Notes: generated by a model not told the origin, from the sequence alone. DNA of 64,000 nucleotides from Bdellovibrionales bacterium (GCA_964230645.1 CAXRHT010000002.1:1344001-1408000); one strand, 5' to 3'. Positions 28,552 to 39,200 are shown, counted from the stretch's first letter. Program-made: numbers and translations.

Positions 28552-31500
28552 TTAGGGTTGAGCTAAACCTTTGTTTTCATTGAAAAATTTCTTTTTGAAC
28601 TCCATGACTTTTTTAAAGTCATTTTTCTTCTTTAAGGAGTCTTTGATTTTTTTGAGGAAGTCCCTTTCGATCTCCTCCATGCGCTCAACCCCTTGATCCA
28701 CAAAATTTCCATTAATCTTTTTCATCTCCGAATCTAACTCTCGAATCAAATTGGCTTCATGGGCTATGAAAGGCACTAGATTGTTTTCATCCAAACGCAA
28801 TTCATGAATAAAGAACTCTTGCAGCTCAAGAATCCATTGCTCGCGGTAAGCTTTATTAAGCTCCACGTCTACGTAGTCCTCAGTATAAAGAACCCTTTCC
28901 GTGTAACTATCTTTAAACTCGGGCACCTTCTCCGGATGAAACTCTTTTGAAAGATCGTTTTCTTGCTTCACCTTTTCGATCTGCTCTTTGGTGTCCTTTG
29001 CGACTTGAGCGGCAATATTTCTACCGGAATCTTTAAAAAGTTGTTCGATGGTTGGCATCAACATAAAAAGTAGAACAATTCCAGCAAGCCCAGCTCCAGA
29101 GAAAATATAGAATTTTTTAACATTCTTTTGATCCTGGCTGGGATCAATATCCGAGAAATTTTCCGTGTCGAGGATATCGCTATCCACATCGTCAAGCATG
29201 ATGGCATTGATGGTTTTCCCTAAAATACCACCGACTTTGTCAATTTGCTCGGTATCCTTGAGAAAGGGGGTGATTCTTGCTCTGAGCACATCATTTAACT
29301 CTTTACGAAGAACAAGAACTCTTTTTCTATTTCTCTCCCCTTCTTCTTCTTCAAATCGTTTGCGCTGCTCTTCGAGTCGATCCACGGCCTGCTTACGAAT
29401 ATCTTGAATTTCTTCTTCTGTTTCTTTCTTGCGTGATTCGATTTCCGCTTCCAGTCTGGCAATCTCGTCACTCGCTTTGCCTTCGGTTTCGCTCACGATG
29501 TCACCAGCACGTTTTTCGGCCATTTCAATCATTTGGGCTGCTTTACTTTCAGCTCTTTCAAGAATTTCTCCAGCCTCTTTTCTCGAGTCCGATAATAATT
29601 GCCGCTTTTCTTTATCTATTTCTTCTTCGAACTGAGTTCGTCGTGCCTGCATTTCAGCATCGACCATTTCTTGTTGCTCTCCATGATAGGCGTCCGCTTT
29701 CTCTTTTGTTGATCGAGCGTACTGGTCGGCCTCTGATTTTGTCTTTTGATAATAGCGATTGGCCTCTTTGGTGTTTTCTTTTAGATATTGATCGGCCTCA
29801 GAGCATTTATTTTTGTGATAAGTATCAGCTTCAGAATTTTTTTCCTCAAAATATTTGTCAGCCTCTTCAAATTTTTGGCCATAGTATTCGTCAGCGGATT
29901 TTTTCTTTTCTCTTTCGTAATTCTCGGCTTCCATTCGAGTTTTTTGATCATAACTAAGGGCTTCTTGGCGCAGTTTGGAGCTATACTCTTCGGCTTGCCG
30001 ACGCATATCCTCACTACGGGCGTCAGCGGCCGCGTATTTTTCTTTAAGCTCCTCTTCCATCTTGTTTTTGATAGACTCGGACTCATTACGTAGCTTAAGA
30101 GCCTCTTTTTCGGCCTCTTCCACTAAAGCCAGAGATTCAGCTTCTGCTTGTCCAAGAATGTCTTGAGATTCTTCCCTGGAATCAGCTAGAATTTTACTAG
30201 CCTTCTCTTTGGCGTTGGCTATATTTACATCAATTTCTTTTGCGGCTCGGTCTTTTTTCTTTTGAATTTCTTTGTCAGCCTGCTTTTCTTTTTCTTCTTG
30301 GGCCTGGAGGCGAGACTCAATCTCCTTATCAATTTCAGCATTGCGTTGCTGTTTTATTTTGCTGAGTTTAAATAAATTGTCTTCAGCTTCAATGACTTTT
30401 TCGTTGAGCTCATCCAGACGCTTCTCGGCCACCGCAGCCTTTTCTTGAGCCTCTTGCGCCCCTTGCTTATTGTCTTCAATCGATTTTAATAAATTCTTGA
30501 AGTCGGCCTCAAGCTCCCCCACTTTTCTCTTCGATTCGGCGATTTCGTCGACAAGATCATTGCGGTTTTCTTTCAAGCGAGGAATCTCTTCATTGAGACT
30601 TTGAAGAGCTTCATCTCTTTGAGACTCAAGGTCACTCACCTTTGATTTTAAAGCGTTAAGCTTAGATAGCTCCTCGCCATAGGACTTTTTAGACTGTAAA
30701 GTCATTTCTTCGTGTTCTCGTTGTGTCTTTTTAAGAACCGAGATTTCTTCTTCTAGATGATCTTTTTTGTCACTTTGTTCTTCAATGTCTTTGGTGAAAC
30801 GAACATTTTCATCTTTGAGCTGTTCATTCTTAAGCTTTGCTTCAGCGATAATTTCAGCGTGGCGATTTTGAGCCCTTAAAAGAATATCTTCTCGTAAGTT
30901 CTCAGCCTCCTCTTTGGCTTTATTTTTGGTCTCTTCACTCTTTTTTTCAATTTCCTTAAGCTTATCTTTAGCGCTTTTTAAAATTTTCTCGGCTTTTGAT
31001 TGAGCCGAACCCACTATTCTCTTGGCTTCACTTTCGGATTGCGTGCGAACCTCATTGGCCTCTTGTTGAAGACGCTCTTTTTCCTGAGCCGCTATTTCTT
31101 GGGCTTTCTCAATAAGTTCTTGCGACTTTTTTTCCGCTTCTCGAATTTGCTTTTCTTTATTGAAGCGCGCACTTTTGGCAATATAAACTAGGTTTTCAAA
31201 AATGTTGTCAACAGAGTCAGTGGCTTGGTTGAGAAAATTCTCCTTTTCCTGACCATGCTGAGTATTGAAATGGGTGACCGTACCTGTACGATTTTTAGTT
31301 TTTAATTCTTGTTTTTTCCGCTCAAGTTCCAAACCTTTTTTCTCTAGATCGTAATCAAGAGAGTCCCTTTGAAATATAGCGGTAATGCGTAGGCTACATT
31401 TTTTACCGGAATCGATGTAGAGACGATTGCCAGTTTTATACTCGTACTTCTCATGAGGCTCAAGGCGCTCTCCTTGTAAGTACGTTCCATTGGTGGATCC

Positions 31501-31686
31501 TAGGTCTTTGACAAAAATCTTATCATCTTCAAGAGTGATTTTAAGGTGCCTGCGGCTGACAACATCGGTTGGAATAGGGAGATCACACTCAGGGGCTCGC
31601 CCAATAACAAAGTTCTCAGACTTTATGTAAGCCTGATCTGCCTCTTTATCGAGTTTGTACTGTACCCAAAAATGTTTAAAAGCCAT
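28552..31686 (-). CDS. FHA domain + long coiled coil + C-terminal TM helix and periplasmic domain
   Basis: IGR..CD...VSRRH...DLGSTNGT (FHA); ~700 aa E/K/Q/A-rich helix; TM FYIFSGAGLAGIVLLFMLMP. Confidence 0.85.
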   Translation of the reverse strand: MAFKHFWVQYKLDKEADQAYIKSENFVIGRAPECDLPIPTDVVSRRHLKITLEDDKIFVKDLGSTNGTYLQGERLEPHEKYEYKTGNRLYIDSGKKCSLRITAIFQRDSLDYDLEKKGLELERKKQELKTKNRTGTVTHFNTQHGQEKENFLNQATDSVDNIFENLVYIAKSARFNKEKQIREAEKKSQELIEKAQEIAAQEKERLQQEANEVRTQSESEAKRIVGSAQSKAEKILKSAKDKLKEIEKKSEETKNKAKEEAENLREDILLRAQNRHAEIIAEAKLKNEQLKDENVRFTKDIEEQSDKKDHLEEEISVLKKTQREHEEMTLQSKKSYGEELSKLNALKSKVSDLESQRDEALQSLNEEIPRLKENRNDLVDEIAESKRKVGELEADFKNLLKSIEDNKQGAQEAQEKAAVAEKRLDELNEKVIEAEDNLFKLSKIKQQRNAEIDKEIESRLQAQEEKEKQADKEIQKKKDRAAKEIDVNIANAKEKASKILADSREESQDILGQAEAESLALVEEAEKEALKLRNESESIKNKMEEELKEKYAAADARSEDMRRQAEEYSSKLRQEALSYDQKTRMEAENYEREKKKSADEYYGQKFEEADKYFEEKNSEADTYHKNKCSEADQYLKENTKEANRYYQKTKSEADQYARSTKEKADAYHGEQQEMVDAEMQARRTQFEEEIDKEKRQLLSDSRKEAGEILERAESKAAQMIEMAEKRAGDIVSETEGKASDEIARLEAEIESRKKETEEEIQDIRKQAVDRLEEQRKRFEEEEGERNRKRVLVLRKELNDVLRARITPFLKDTEQIDKVGGILGKTINAIMLDDVDSDILDTENFSDIDPSQDQKNVKKFYIFSGAGLAGIVLLFMLMPTIEQLFKDSGRNIAAQVAKDTKEQIEKVKQENDLSKEFHPEKVPEFKDSYTERVLYTEDYVDVELNKAYREQWILELQEFFIHELRLDENNLVPFIAHEANLIRELDSEMKKINGNFVDQGVERMEEIERDFLKKIKDSLKKKNDFKKVMEFKKKFFNENKGLAQP

Positions 31687-31711
31687 AAAAAATATACCTA
31701 GTCCAATAACC

Positions 31712-31739
31712 TTTTCGGCCGGTCCCCTTCTTTTTTTTA
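31712..31739 (-). promoter_or_regulatory. Sigma28-like promoter of the FHA gene
   Basis: TAAA-N16-GCCGAAAA on the minus strand, 25 nt before ATG. Confidence 0.45.
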
Positions 31740-31818
31740 GCTTTCACAGTGCTTTTCCCAATTTCCACCCCTATCCTAGACCAAAGCCCCAAAAGGTACC
31801 TGGCTACTTTTAGGAAAT

Positions 31819-31848
31819 AAAAAAAGGAAGGTCCAAAACCTTCCTTTT
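31819..31848 (-). terminator. Rho-independent terminator after the MotA/ZorA-like gene
   Basis: AAAAGGAAGG / CCTTCCTTTT stem with a T tract on the minus strand. Confidence 0.7.
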
Positions 31849-31873
31849 CGTTGATTGAAATTTATTAAGGAGA

Positions 31874-32809
31874 TTAAGCCACTCTTTGCTGACTTCTCTT
31901 TTTCTTTCCAAGAATCAAATCTTCATTGAGTGCTTGTTCAGCAAGAACCTCGTCTGGATTGCGGTTTTCGTCGAAATCCACAATGTTCTCAGGAAGTCTG
32001 TTGTCAGAGCTTAGGTGCCAAAGGCAATCAAGAGCCGCCTCTAGGCGATCCACAGCGGAAACAAAGATCTTCTCTGGAGCCATAGCGGCGTTGAAAAAAG
32101 ACATAGTCACAGAGAGAACAATCCCCACTAGAGATGTACTCATTGAAAAAGAAATTTTTAGTAAAAACTGATCCATGATGGCCTTAGAAGCATCAAGGTC
32201 TTTTAAGTCCATCGTTCCAAGATCAGGCAGAGCTTTCATTATACCAAGAAAAGTTCCAAAAACTCCAAGGATAATGAATACGCCTGGTAAGATGTTTATG
32301 ACATCATTAAGAGTTGCACTTGGGAAAACCCCTAAAACCTTACTAAAGCTCGGATTTCTAGTGAAAGCTTTCCTTGTCGTATTGAAAAGCTTCGGATGGT
32401 TAGCATCATTAAATTTAATATGTTTTAGGGGCTTGAGCATATCATGGACAAAGAAGGCCGCACCCTGCTGTACAAGGAATAAACGATCTGTTGCCGTCAT
32501 CAAAAAGTCAGGCTTTCTTCTTTTCATCGCATAGCGCACTCGAAAGAGCTCGTAATAGGTCTTTTCCATAAGTCTTTTAACCACTACGAAAAATGACACA
32601 TCTGAAGATGGATTTCTTTCCTCAATGAAATTATCCACTCTTTTTTCAAACTCTTTTGCAAACCACTCTTGCCTGCGTACTGTATAATAAACCAGACTAC
32701 GAAGAACAATACCTGATAAAAACAAAAGCACCATAAGTGGGATAAGCCAGTAAGTGGCAAAGATCACCAGGGTGTCAATTAAACTTGGATCTTGAATTGA
32801 AGATTCCAT
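31874..32809 (-). CDS. MotA/TolQ/ExbB superfamily channel subunit, ZorA-like, without a long tail
   Basis: Three hydrophobic segments; LPGVFIILGVFGTFLGI and SMSTSLVGIVLS. Confidence 0.72.
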   Translation of the reverse strand: MESSIQDPSLIDTLVIFATYWLIPLMVLLFLSGIVLRSLVYYTVRRQEWFAKEFEKRVDNFIEERNPSSDVSFFVVVKRLMEKTYYELFRVRYAMKRRKPDFLMTATDRLFLVQQGAAFFVHDMLKPLKHIKFNDANHPKLFNTTRKAFTRNPSFSKVLGVFPSATLNDVINILPGVFIILGVFGTFLGIMKALPDLGTMDLKDLDASKAIMDQFLLKISFSMSTSLVGIVLSVTMSFFNAAMAPEKIFVSAVDRLEAALDCLWHLSSDNRLPENIVDFDENRNPDEVLAEQALNEDLILGKKKRSQQRVA

Positions 32810-32821
32810 GAACTCTCTCCT

Positions 32822-34576
32822 TTAGTTCTCCATATTAAATTTAATCACAACACGTTGTGATTTTTTACAATCATACTTTTTACAATATTCGGTGTGAGAC
32901 ATACTACTGATGTCTCTTTTGCTCGCATCTTCAGTTAAGAAACTACGGCCGGTCACTTTGACCATGGGAAGTATTTTCTTCTGATATCTGTACTTCATCT
33001 TCTTTTTATCAAAAATGTAGTCGAAAATAGATCTTGCACGGTAGTAACTGAGATCGAGGTTATAGTTCACGGCCTCTTTGTTATCAGCCTCTAAACTCAC
33101 GGGATTAACATACTTACCTTTGTAAGTCGGCGATGCAAATCCAATGATCTCAATAGAATTGATTTTATCGGCGGTTTTAGGATCAGAAAACAATGTCTCT
33201 GAATAGGCTGGCATAAATTTCTTCAGCACTTGTTCCATCCCGGGCTTTACCTGGGCCTTACCTGTATCAAAGTATTCATCTCCGAACTGAATAATGACAT
33301 CTCCTGATTTTCCATCCACAGAAGCTTTCAGTCCCGCTTTCTTCAAGTTCTTTTTCATATCGTTGATAAGCTTTTTCTTGGCGTTGGCGATCTCTTTCAT
33401 ACGTTTAAGATCGGAAGATAACTTTTTCTTATCCCCAGCGAGATCCTTGGCTTTCTTAGCCAGATCTTGTGACTGCTTGGCTAGTGAGGCCTTTTCTTGA
33501 CGAGTCTTCTCTAGCTGTCCCTGAACATTCTGAACCTGTGATTCCATATTTTGAATCTTCGAGGCAAGCTGGGCTTCTTTTGCCTGAGCTTGCTTCATGA
33601 ATTCTCTCTGCTTGGCCTCTTTCGCCTTTGCTGAAAGTTTTTGCTTAGCCAGTTTTGACTCGAAAGCCTTTTTTTCCTGCTGCATTTGCTTTTGGAAATC
33701 TCCGCGCATTTGCGAGATCTTTTGAGTCACTTGTTGCTTTTCCTGCACAAGCTGTTGAATGTTTGATTCTTGATTGGCAATTGTTTTTTCGGCTTGGGCT
33801 AGCTTTTGACTGGCCTCTTCAATGATTTTCTGATTCTTGCGAATCTCTCTTTTGGCCTGTGCGTTTGCAAGCTCCAATTGGCTAACCTTGAGCTGATTCT
33901 GCTCTTTGATTTGCTTCATCTGCGATTCCATTTTGGCTTTAGTGATTTTGCGCTTCTTATAAGAGCGACGCAACTGAGCCATTTTGGTTTGCAGTGTTTT
34001 GTTAAGGTTTTTGATTTTACGCTCGCCTTTTGCAATCTCTTGCTTCCTTTGAGTGACGTCTTTTTCAAGTTTATCAATTTCTTCACGTTGATTATCGATT
34101 TCCTCAAAGTTCTTGGTGATCGTTTTATCTCGTCTCTTAATATTCACCGAGGAAACGATGTTCGCTGTGATGATGTTTTTAATCATCTTCTGGTATTTGT
34201 TTAGTGCGACTTCTTTTTGCTCAAGTTCGTTAGCTGATTTTCTTAGCTTTTCTTTTTCGTCTTTGGCTTCCTCGCGCAATAGTTCCATTTTTTTCATCAA
34301 GTCTTCATATTTCGCCTGCTCATCAGCTGAAGCCTGACTGGTGAGGTAGTCATCTTTTTTGCTTTGATAGAAAACCAACTCTTCTTTAAGCTGATCTCTT
34401 TCCCTCACTAATTCCTGATACTGAGTGTGACTTTTTATATTACTGGTACCGGTTCTCAAACTAGCGATAACGTAGAGTAACAAGAAGACCAATGACAGAA
34501 CCATAAACAGATCTGAATAGGTGGCCCAATGAGTCCCATCTTCTTTATTTTTTATGCGATCATAATCAAACGACAC
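32822..34576 (-). CDS. MotB/ZorB-like protein: TM helix with Asp22, long coiled coil, OmpA-like C-terminal domain
   Basis: WATYSDLFMVLSLVFLLL; FDTGKAQVK; KFMPAY..TLF; NLDLSYYRARSI; SQRVVIKF; RBS AAGGAG before GTG. Confidence 0.8.
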   Translation of the reverse strand: MSFDYDRIKNKEDGTHWATYSDLFMVLSLVFLLLYVIASLRTGTSNIKSHTQYQELVRERDQLKEELVFYQSKKDDYLTSQASADEQAKYEDLMKKMELLREEAKDEKEKLRKSANELEQKEVALNKYQKMIKNIITANIVSSVNIKRRDKTITKNFEEIDNQREEIDKLEKDVTQRKQEIAKGERKIKNLNKTLQTKMAQLRRSYKKRKITKAKMESQMKQIKEQNQLKVSQLELANAQAKREIRKNQKIIEEASQKLAQAEKTIANQESNIQQLVQEKQQVTQKISQMRGDFQKQMQQEKKAFESKLAKQKLSAKAKEAKQREFMKQAQAKEAQLASKIQNMESQVQNVQGQLEKTRQEKASLAKQSQDLAKKAKDLAGDKKKLSSDLKRMKEIANAKKKLINDMKKNLKKAGLKASVDGKSGDVIIQFGDEYFDTGKAQVKPGMEQVLKKFMPAYSETLFSDPKTADKINSIEIIGFASPTYKGKYVNPVSLEADNKEAVNYNLDLSYYRARSIFDYIFDKKKMKYRYQKKILPMVKVTGRSFLTEDASKRDISSMSHTEYCKKYDCKKSQRVVIKFNMEN

Positions 34577-34690
34577 ATCGACTCCTTTTGACTTGACCCT
34601 TTTTATTCGGTTTTTTGCTCTAGATTCTCATTGGGACGTATGTCTTGATTCTCAAATATTCTCAGCTGTTCTTTTTAGACTTAAGGCTTA

Positions 34691-34717
34691 TAAAATCATT
34701 TTGAGACATGCCGATGA
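34691..34717 (+). promoter_or_regulatory. Sigma28-like promoter
   Basis: TAAA-N15-GCCGATGA, 7 nt before ATG 34725 (would give a nearly leaderless mRNA). Confidence 0.6.
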
Positions 34718-34724
34718 GTTTAGT

Positions 34725-35183
34725 ATGAAAAAAATAGCATTGTCCCTTATCGTATTCGCTTTATGTTCTACTGCTTTGGCTGGAGAAAAAAACAACTCCC
34801 ACAAGCAACACAACACAATTTACACTAAAAAAATCAAGCGAATCGTCAACGCAGTCAACGTCGGTGATTTCTCTAAAGAATCGGAATATATGGAAATGCT
34901 ACAGACAGCCTGCCAAAGGAACAGATGCAACAATATCGAATCACAAACGATTCGAAGTGTCGGCCACCAAATTGTCCATTGCAAAATCACTCATTTAAAA
35001 GCCCATGGTATAGAAAATCCAGATGCTATTAGCATTTGTAACTCAAAAAATGCCATGATCGGTTGCGACACCCTCGCCACCCCCCTACTTCGTAAAATGT
35101 GCTACACGGGTAATAGCTACAGTCTACGAGTCTTACGTCAAAAAGAGGCTCAAATGAACAGTCGTATGCCCGCCTCTGAGTAA
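34725..35183 (+). CDS. Small exported six-Cys protein
   Basis: Signal peptide MKKIALSLIVFALCSTALA; six Cys in the mature part; ends RMPASE. Confidence 0.75.
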   Translation: MKKIALSLIVFALCSTALAGEKNNSHKQHNTIYTKKIKRIVNAVNVGDFSKESEYMEMLQTACQRNRCNNIESQTIRSVGHQIVHCKITHLKAHGIENPDAISICNSKNAMIGCDTLATPLLRKMCYTGNSYSLRVLRQKEAQMNSRMPASE

Positions 35184-35232
35184 TTCTTCGTCGTCATTGA
35201 ATTCATTGTTTTTAACGGATAAACTTTTGTTT

Positions 35233-36249
35233 ATGTTAAAAATGATTGGCATTAACGCCCTGGTATTTTTTGCTCTACTTGTTGCAGTGGAAGCCTTTTT
35301 TAAAATCAAATCTGTCGATTTTTCTCCCCCCGGTCCCTATGTCCGAGAGATAAATTCAAAAAATTATATTGAACCCAACCCACAAATGGGCTTTCAACCT
35401 ATCGCTAACTTCGATGCGAAAGCAAAGAAAGTCTTTGGTGATGAGGTTATCTATGATGTTGAATACAGTTTCGACGAAAACCACCGCAGGATCGTCCCTC
35501 AGAAAAATATTGCTAGCGATAAAATTATCACCTTTCTTGGTGCTTCTAACACTTTTGGAGAGGGACTTCCGGTTGAACATAGCCTTCCCTATTTAGTGGC
35601 TCAGCAAAATCCCGATTATTTCATTTATAATTACGCTTTTCGTGGTTACGGGCCAACCAATATTATGGCCTTACTAGATTCTCAACGTCTGGCCCAGGAG
35701 ATTCCTCAAAAAAAGGGTATCTTCCTTTACCCTTATATGAACCACCAAGCTCGTCGCCTCATCGGTACTACTCACTTTTTTCGTTGGGCCAAAGGGGAGC
35801 ACCCTTTCTATTCCTACTCGCCTGATCAAGGATTCAAAAGAGAGGGAAGCTTTTCTAGCCAGCAACCCTGGAGAATGTGGTTCCTCAAAACTTTAAATAA
35901 GTCTTCCTTTTTTCAATGGCTGGATCGTGAGTTTCCAAATCCACTAGAGAAATCCAACTTGAACATCTTATGCGAAGCCTTTTTATATATAAAAAAGAGG
36001 GTAAAATCTCTTTCCCCTCAATATCAGTTTTACGTAGTTATTGGTCATAAAAAGATCAAAGCAAAAGATCGAATCAAGGCATGCCTTGAGGCTCGAAAGG
36101 TGGAGTATCTGGATCTTGCACTAGAAAAAAGCCACAATAAAGAGAGTCTTCGGCTTCATAAACTCGATAGCCATTCAAACTTCAAGGCCAATAAGATCAT
36201 AAGCCAAAAACTCACTGAGGCTCTTCAAGAAAAAATTAATCATCTCTAG
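35233..36249 (+). CDS. Membrane-anchored SGNH/GDSL hydrolase-like protein
   Basis: N-terminal TM helix; FLGASNTFGEG; NYAFRGYG; DSH.N..AN (DxH). Confidence 0.7.
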   Translation: MLKMIGINALVFFALLVAVEAFFKIKSVDFSPPGPYVREINSKNYIEPNPQMGFQPIANFDAKAKKVFGDEVIYDVEYSFDENHRRIVPQKNIASDKIITFLGASNTFGEGLPVEHSLPYLVAQQNPDYFIYNYAFRGYGPTNIMALLDSQRLAQEIPQKKGIFLYPYMNHQARRLIGTTHFFRWAKGEHPFYSYSPDQGFKREGSFSSQQPWRMWFLKTLNKSSFFQWLDREFPNPLEKSNLNILCEAFLYIKKRVKSLSPQYQFYVVIGHKKIKAKDRIKACLEARKVEYLDLALEKSHNKESLRLHKLDSHSNFKANKIISQKLTEALQEKINHL

Positions 36250-36253
36250 ACTA

Positions 36254-39200
36254 TCAAGGTACAGGTACAGGAAGAGGTCTTGGCTTAGCCTCAACCACGT
36301 CTCCTTGACTGCCCTTTCCTTCCGTCTCCAAGGTAAAGGCATTACGAGGATAATAGACGACAAGGTTTCTTTTCGCCCCTTTTCCTTTATCTAAAGTCAA
36401 TCCGACAATCTCTCCAGCTGGTACATTGACCATTTCTGGAATTGCGCTGAAGGTTCCGGTTTCTAGGGTCATATTTATATCTTCAAACTCCCCCACACCT
36501 TCACCAAGGTAGTCATAGCGATCAATCACATCATTGCCATTAAAAGAAACCGAGACCCGCATTTTTAAAGATTCTTTTTGTAGGTTTAGAGACTCAATCG
36601 GAACCTCAACAAGAGCCACCGTAGAGTGGGAAAAACCGACCATTCCCCCGACACTTAAAAGAGCAGGAGCAAAGCTTAAGTTGGGCCTTTGATCCGGCTG
36701 CTTGGCTATTTCCTGATTATACTCAGTAATTATTTGACTCAATACCGGACCATCGAAGACAAGACTGGCAAAAGCGGGCAGTTCGAGCTCCTGCAATCCT
36801 GGAAAGCCTGAAGGATTACCTGCTAGCACTTCTCTATCAACCGTTCCATCACCATCGGTATCAAATTCAAGATCTATATCACACGCGCCCCAAGAGGTGA
36901 GTGGATTAAATAGCTTTACTCCAACCTGTAAGACCTTTTTTCCTTGCTTGGCTAATACTCGGTAGCCGACAGATTGTAAATCACAGGCCACACTTGCAAA
37001 AAGATCCTCGGAGGCATCTTTTCTGGAGTCACTTCCTAGGTGATTGAAAAGTAATGCGATTCCATCGTGTTCCCCTTGGTTGGAAAGAGTCACCTGAAAC
37101 TGCTCATCACTGGAGGCAACAAGTTCTTCCACTTGAATGTCAGTAGTTCGCGCCAGTACACCCAGAACAGGTATATATCCAAGCCTTGATCCATCCGCCA
37201 GAATTTCAATATGAGCATCTACCTCTAAAGACTCCTCAGAAGGTGGGATCACAGTGACATCAAGCAAAACAGTTTTAACCTCGCCCGGCCTCACGTCAAA
37301 GGAGGTTTCTGATAAATTAAATTCCATGTTGGGATGGTTGACTGGATTTAAACCGACGATCTGAGTTTTATTACTGTCATTGAAAAAATGTAGCTCTTTT
37401 TCGATGTGACTTAACGTACTGACATTTAGTTTTCCAAGGGAAACTCCAGGGGTAGAAAGTACGAGAGGAGAAGTCGCGGCTCTAAATGCATCGACTCTTC
37501 CCGCTCCCTGTCGTGAAACGGGATAGCGGTTTTGTTTTTCATCATCAATCAACACACTTGTATTCATCATTAGGGATTTAATATCTTTTGCCCCAAGATC
37601 TTTGCGGTATTGCAATAGCAACGCTGCAATCCCTGCTATATGAGGAGAGGACATCGAAGTCCCACTGCTCATGGCCCCTTTGTCTCCTGAGCCCGCACGA
37701 GCGGAAATAATATTGTAACCGGGAGCTGTAATTTCTGGTTTTATGGCAGAGTCTAAATCTCTCGGGCCCTGCGAAGAAAAAGGAGCCAGAATATCAACAA
37801 GCTCTGGTCGCTTAAACTTCTCTGAAGCCACAAAATCAATAGTGGCTGGTCCGGCTTTCATGTCTTCCTTAATAAGACTCCCGAGAGCTTGGGAAATCAT
37901 CACCCCTGGAATTGGGAAGCTTGTTTCTCCTCCCATAACAATTGGATCACCGGGCTCGTTGTTAACCATAACAACACCGATAGCCCCAGCTTCAAAAGCT
38001 CTTTGAATCTTGTCACCAAAAGACACGGCCCCTCGATCAATCAACGCCACCTTTCCGCTCAAAAGCTCTTGCTGCTTTTGCTCTAATTCTTTATCCGCCA
38101 ATCCGATATAAAAGAGTTCACCGGAAACAGGGCCTGTGGAAGCAATCGGTTCCGTCACTGCACCTTCAATGGCTTGAACAATTATCTTGGGTTGATTCGC
38201 CGTTTGAAATTCCACAGCATCAAACTGCCAATTGTGAGGCATGTTTCCAACGGAACCTGCCACCGAAATAGCATCATCGGCCGTGCTGGGAGCACCGACA
38301 ATACTACTGGTAGCTCCGGCATTACCAGCCGCTGCAACGGTGACCGTCCCACCCTTCACGAGATTTGAAATGGCCTGATTATAAAGAGTGTGAGGTTTTC
38401 CAAAAGAGCCTCCAAGAGAAAGATTCACCACATCAAGCTTATCACTCAAATCCAAATCGCCATTAGGGTCCGCGGCGTATTCCAAGGCGGCTATCACGAC
38501 CGAGTCCTGCGTTCCTCCACTAGCATCACCAAAAACCTTGAGGGCATAGATCTCTGCATCGGGTGCTGCTCCGTCATATGTGTTTACACCATCACCTATG
38601 CCCGCTGTAGTTCCAGCGACATGAGTCCCGTGACCGCTGCGATCGATGGGGTTGGGATCTGGAACTGGTACACGGTCAGAATATATATGAGATCCAGAAT
38701 TAAAATTGGCTCCAGCAAAATCGTATCCACCCGTCACTTTTTTATTGGGAAACAGGGGGGTGAGACTTTTGGGGTCAACACCCTCAAAGTCAGCCACTTG
38801 GCCTGATCCACCGAGCATGCGGTGGGTGTAATCCACTCCGGAGTCAACGACTCCTATTTTCATACCCTGACCACGCACGGGAATTAAATTTCCCTGAGAG
38901 TCTGGTACACTGAGAGTGTCATGAATTTTAGTAGCGCCAATAAAGCTCATCGAGTTTTGTGTCGCTAGCGGCGTCGCATCCAAAGGACCGGATCTCGTTT
39001 GAAAAGTTTGTGGCAGAGCAAAAGATTGATCGGCTTCAATAAAACTCATGGGAAGACTGTTTATCTCCTCTGCTAAACTTTGTGGAGCCTGAATAGCAAT
39101 GGCGTTTAGGACAAGGCGGTAGCGGTAAAGAACTGTGATTTCACTTGATAGATCTTTCAGTCTTTTTTCGAATTCCATTTGTTCGGTAGCAATCTGATCT

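Noticed and set aside
31874..34576. Calling the pair a canonical Zorya system or flagellar motAB
   Set aside because: No zorC/D/E, reversed gene order, no long ZorA tail and no flagellar context; kept as an unassigned motor
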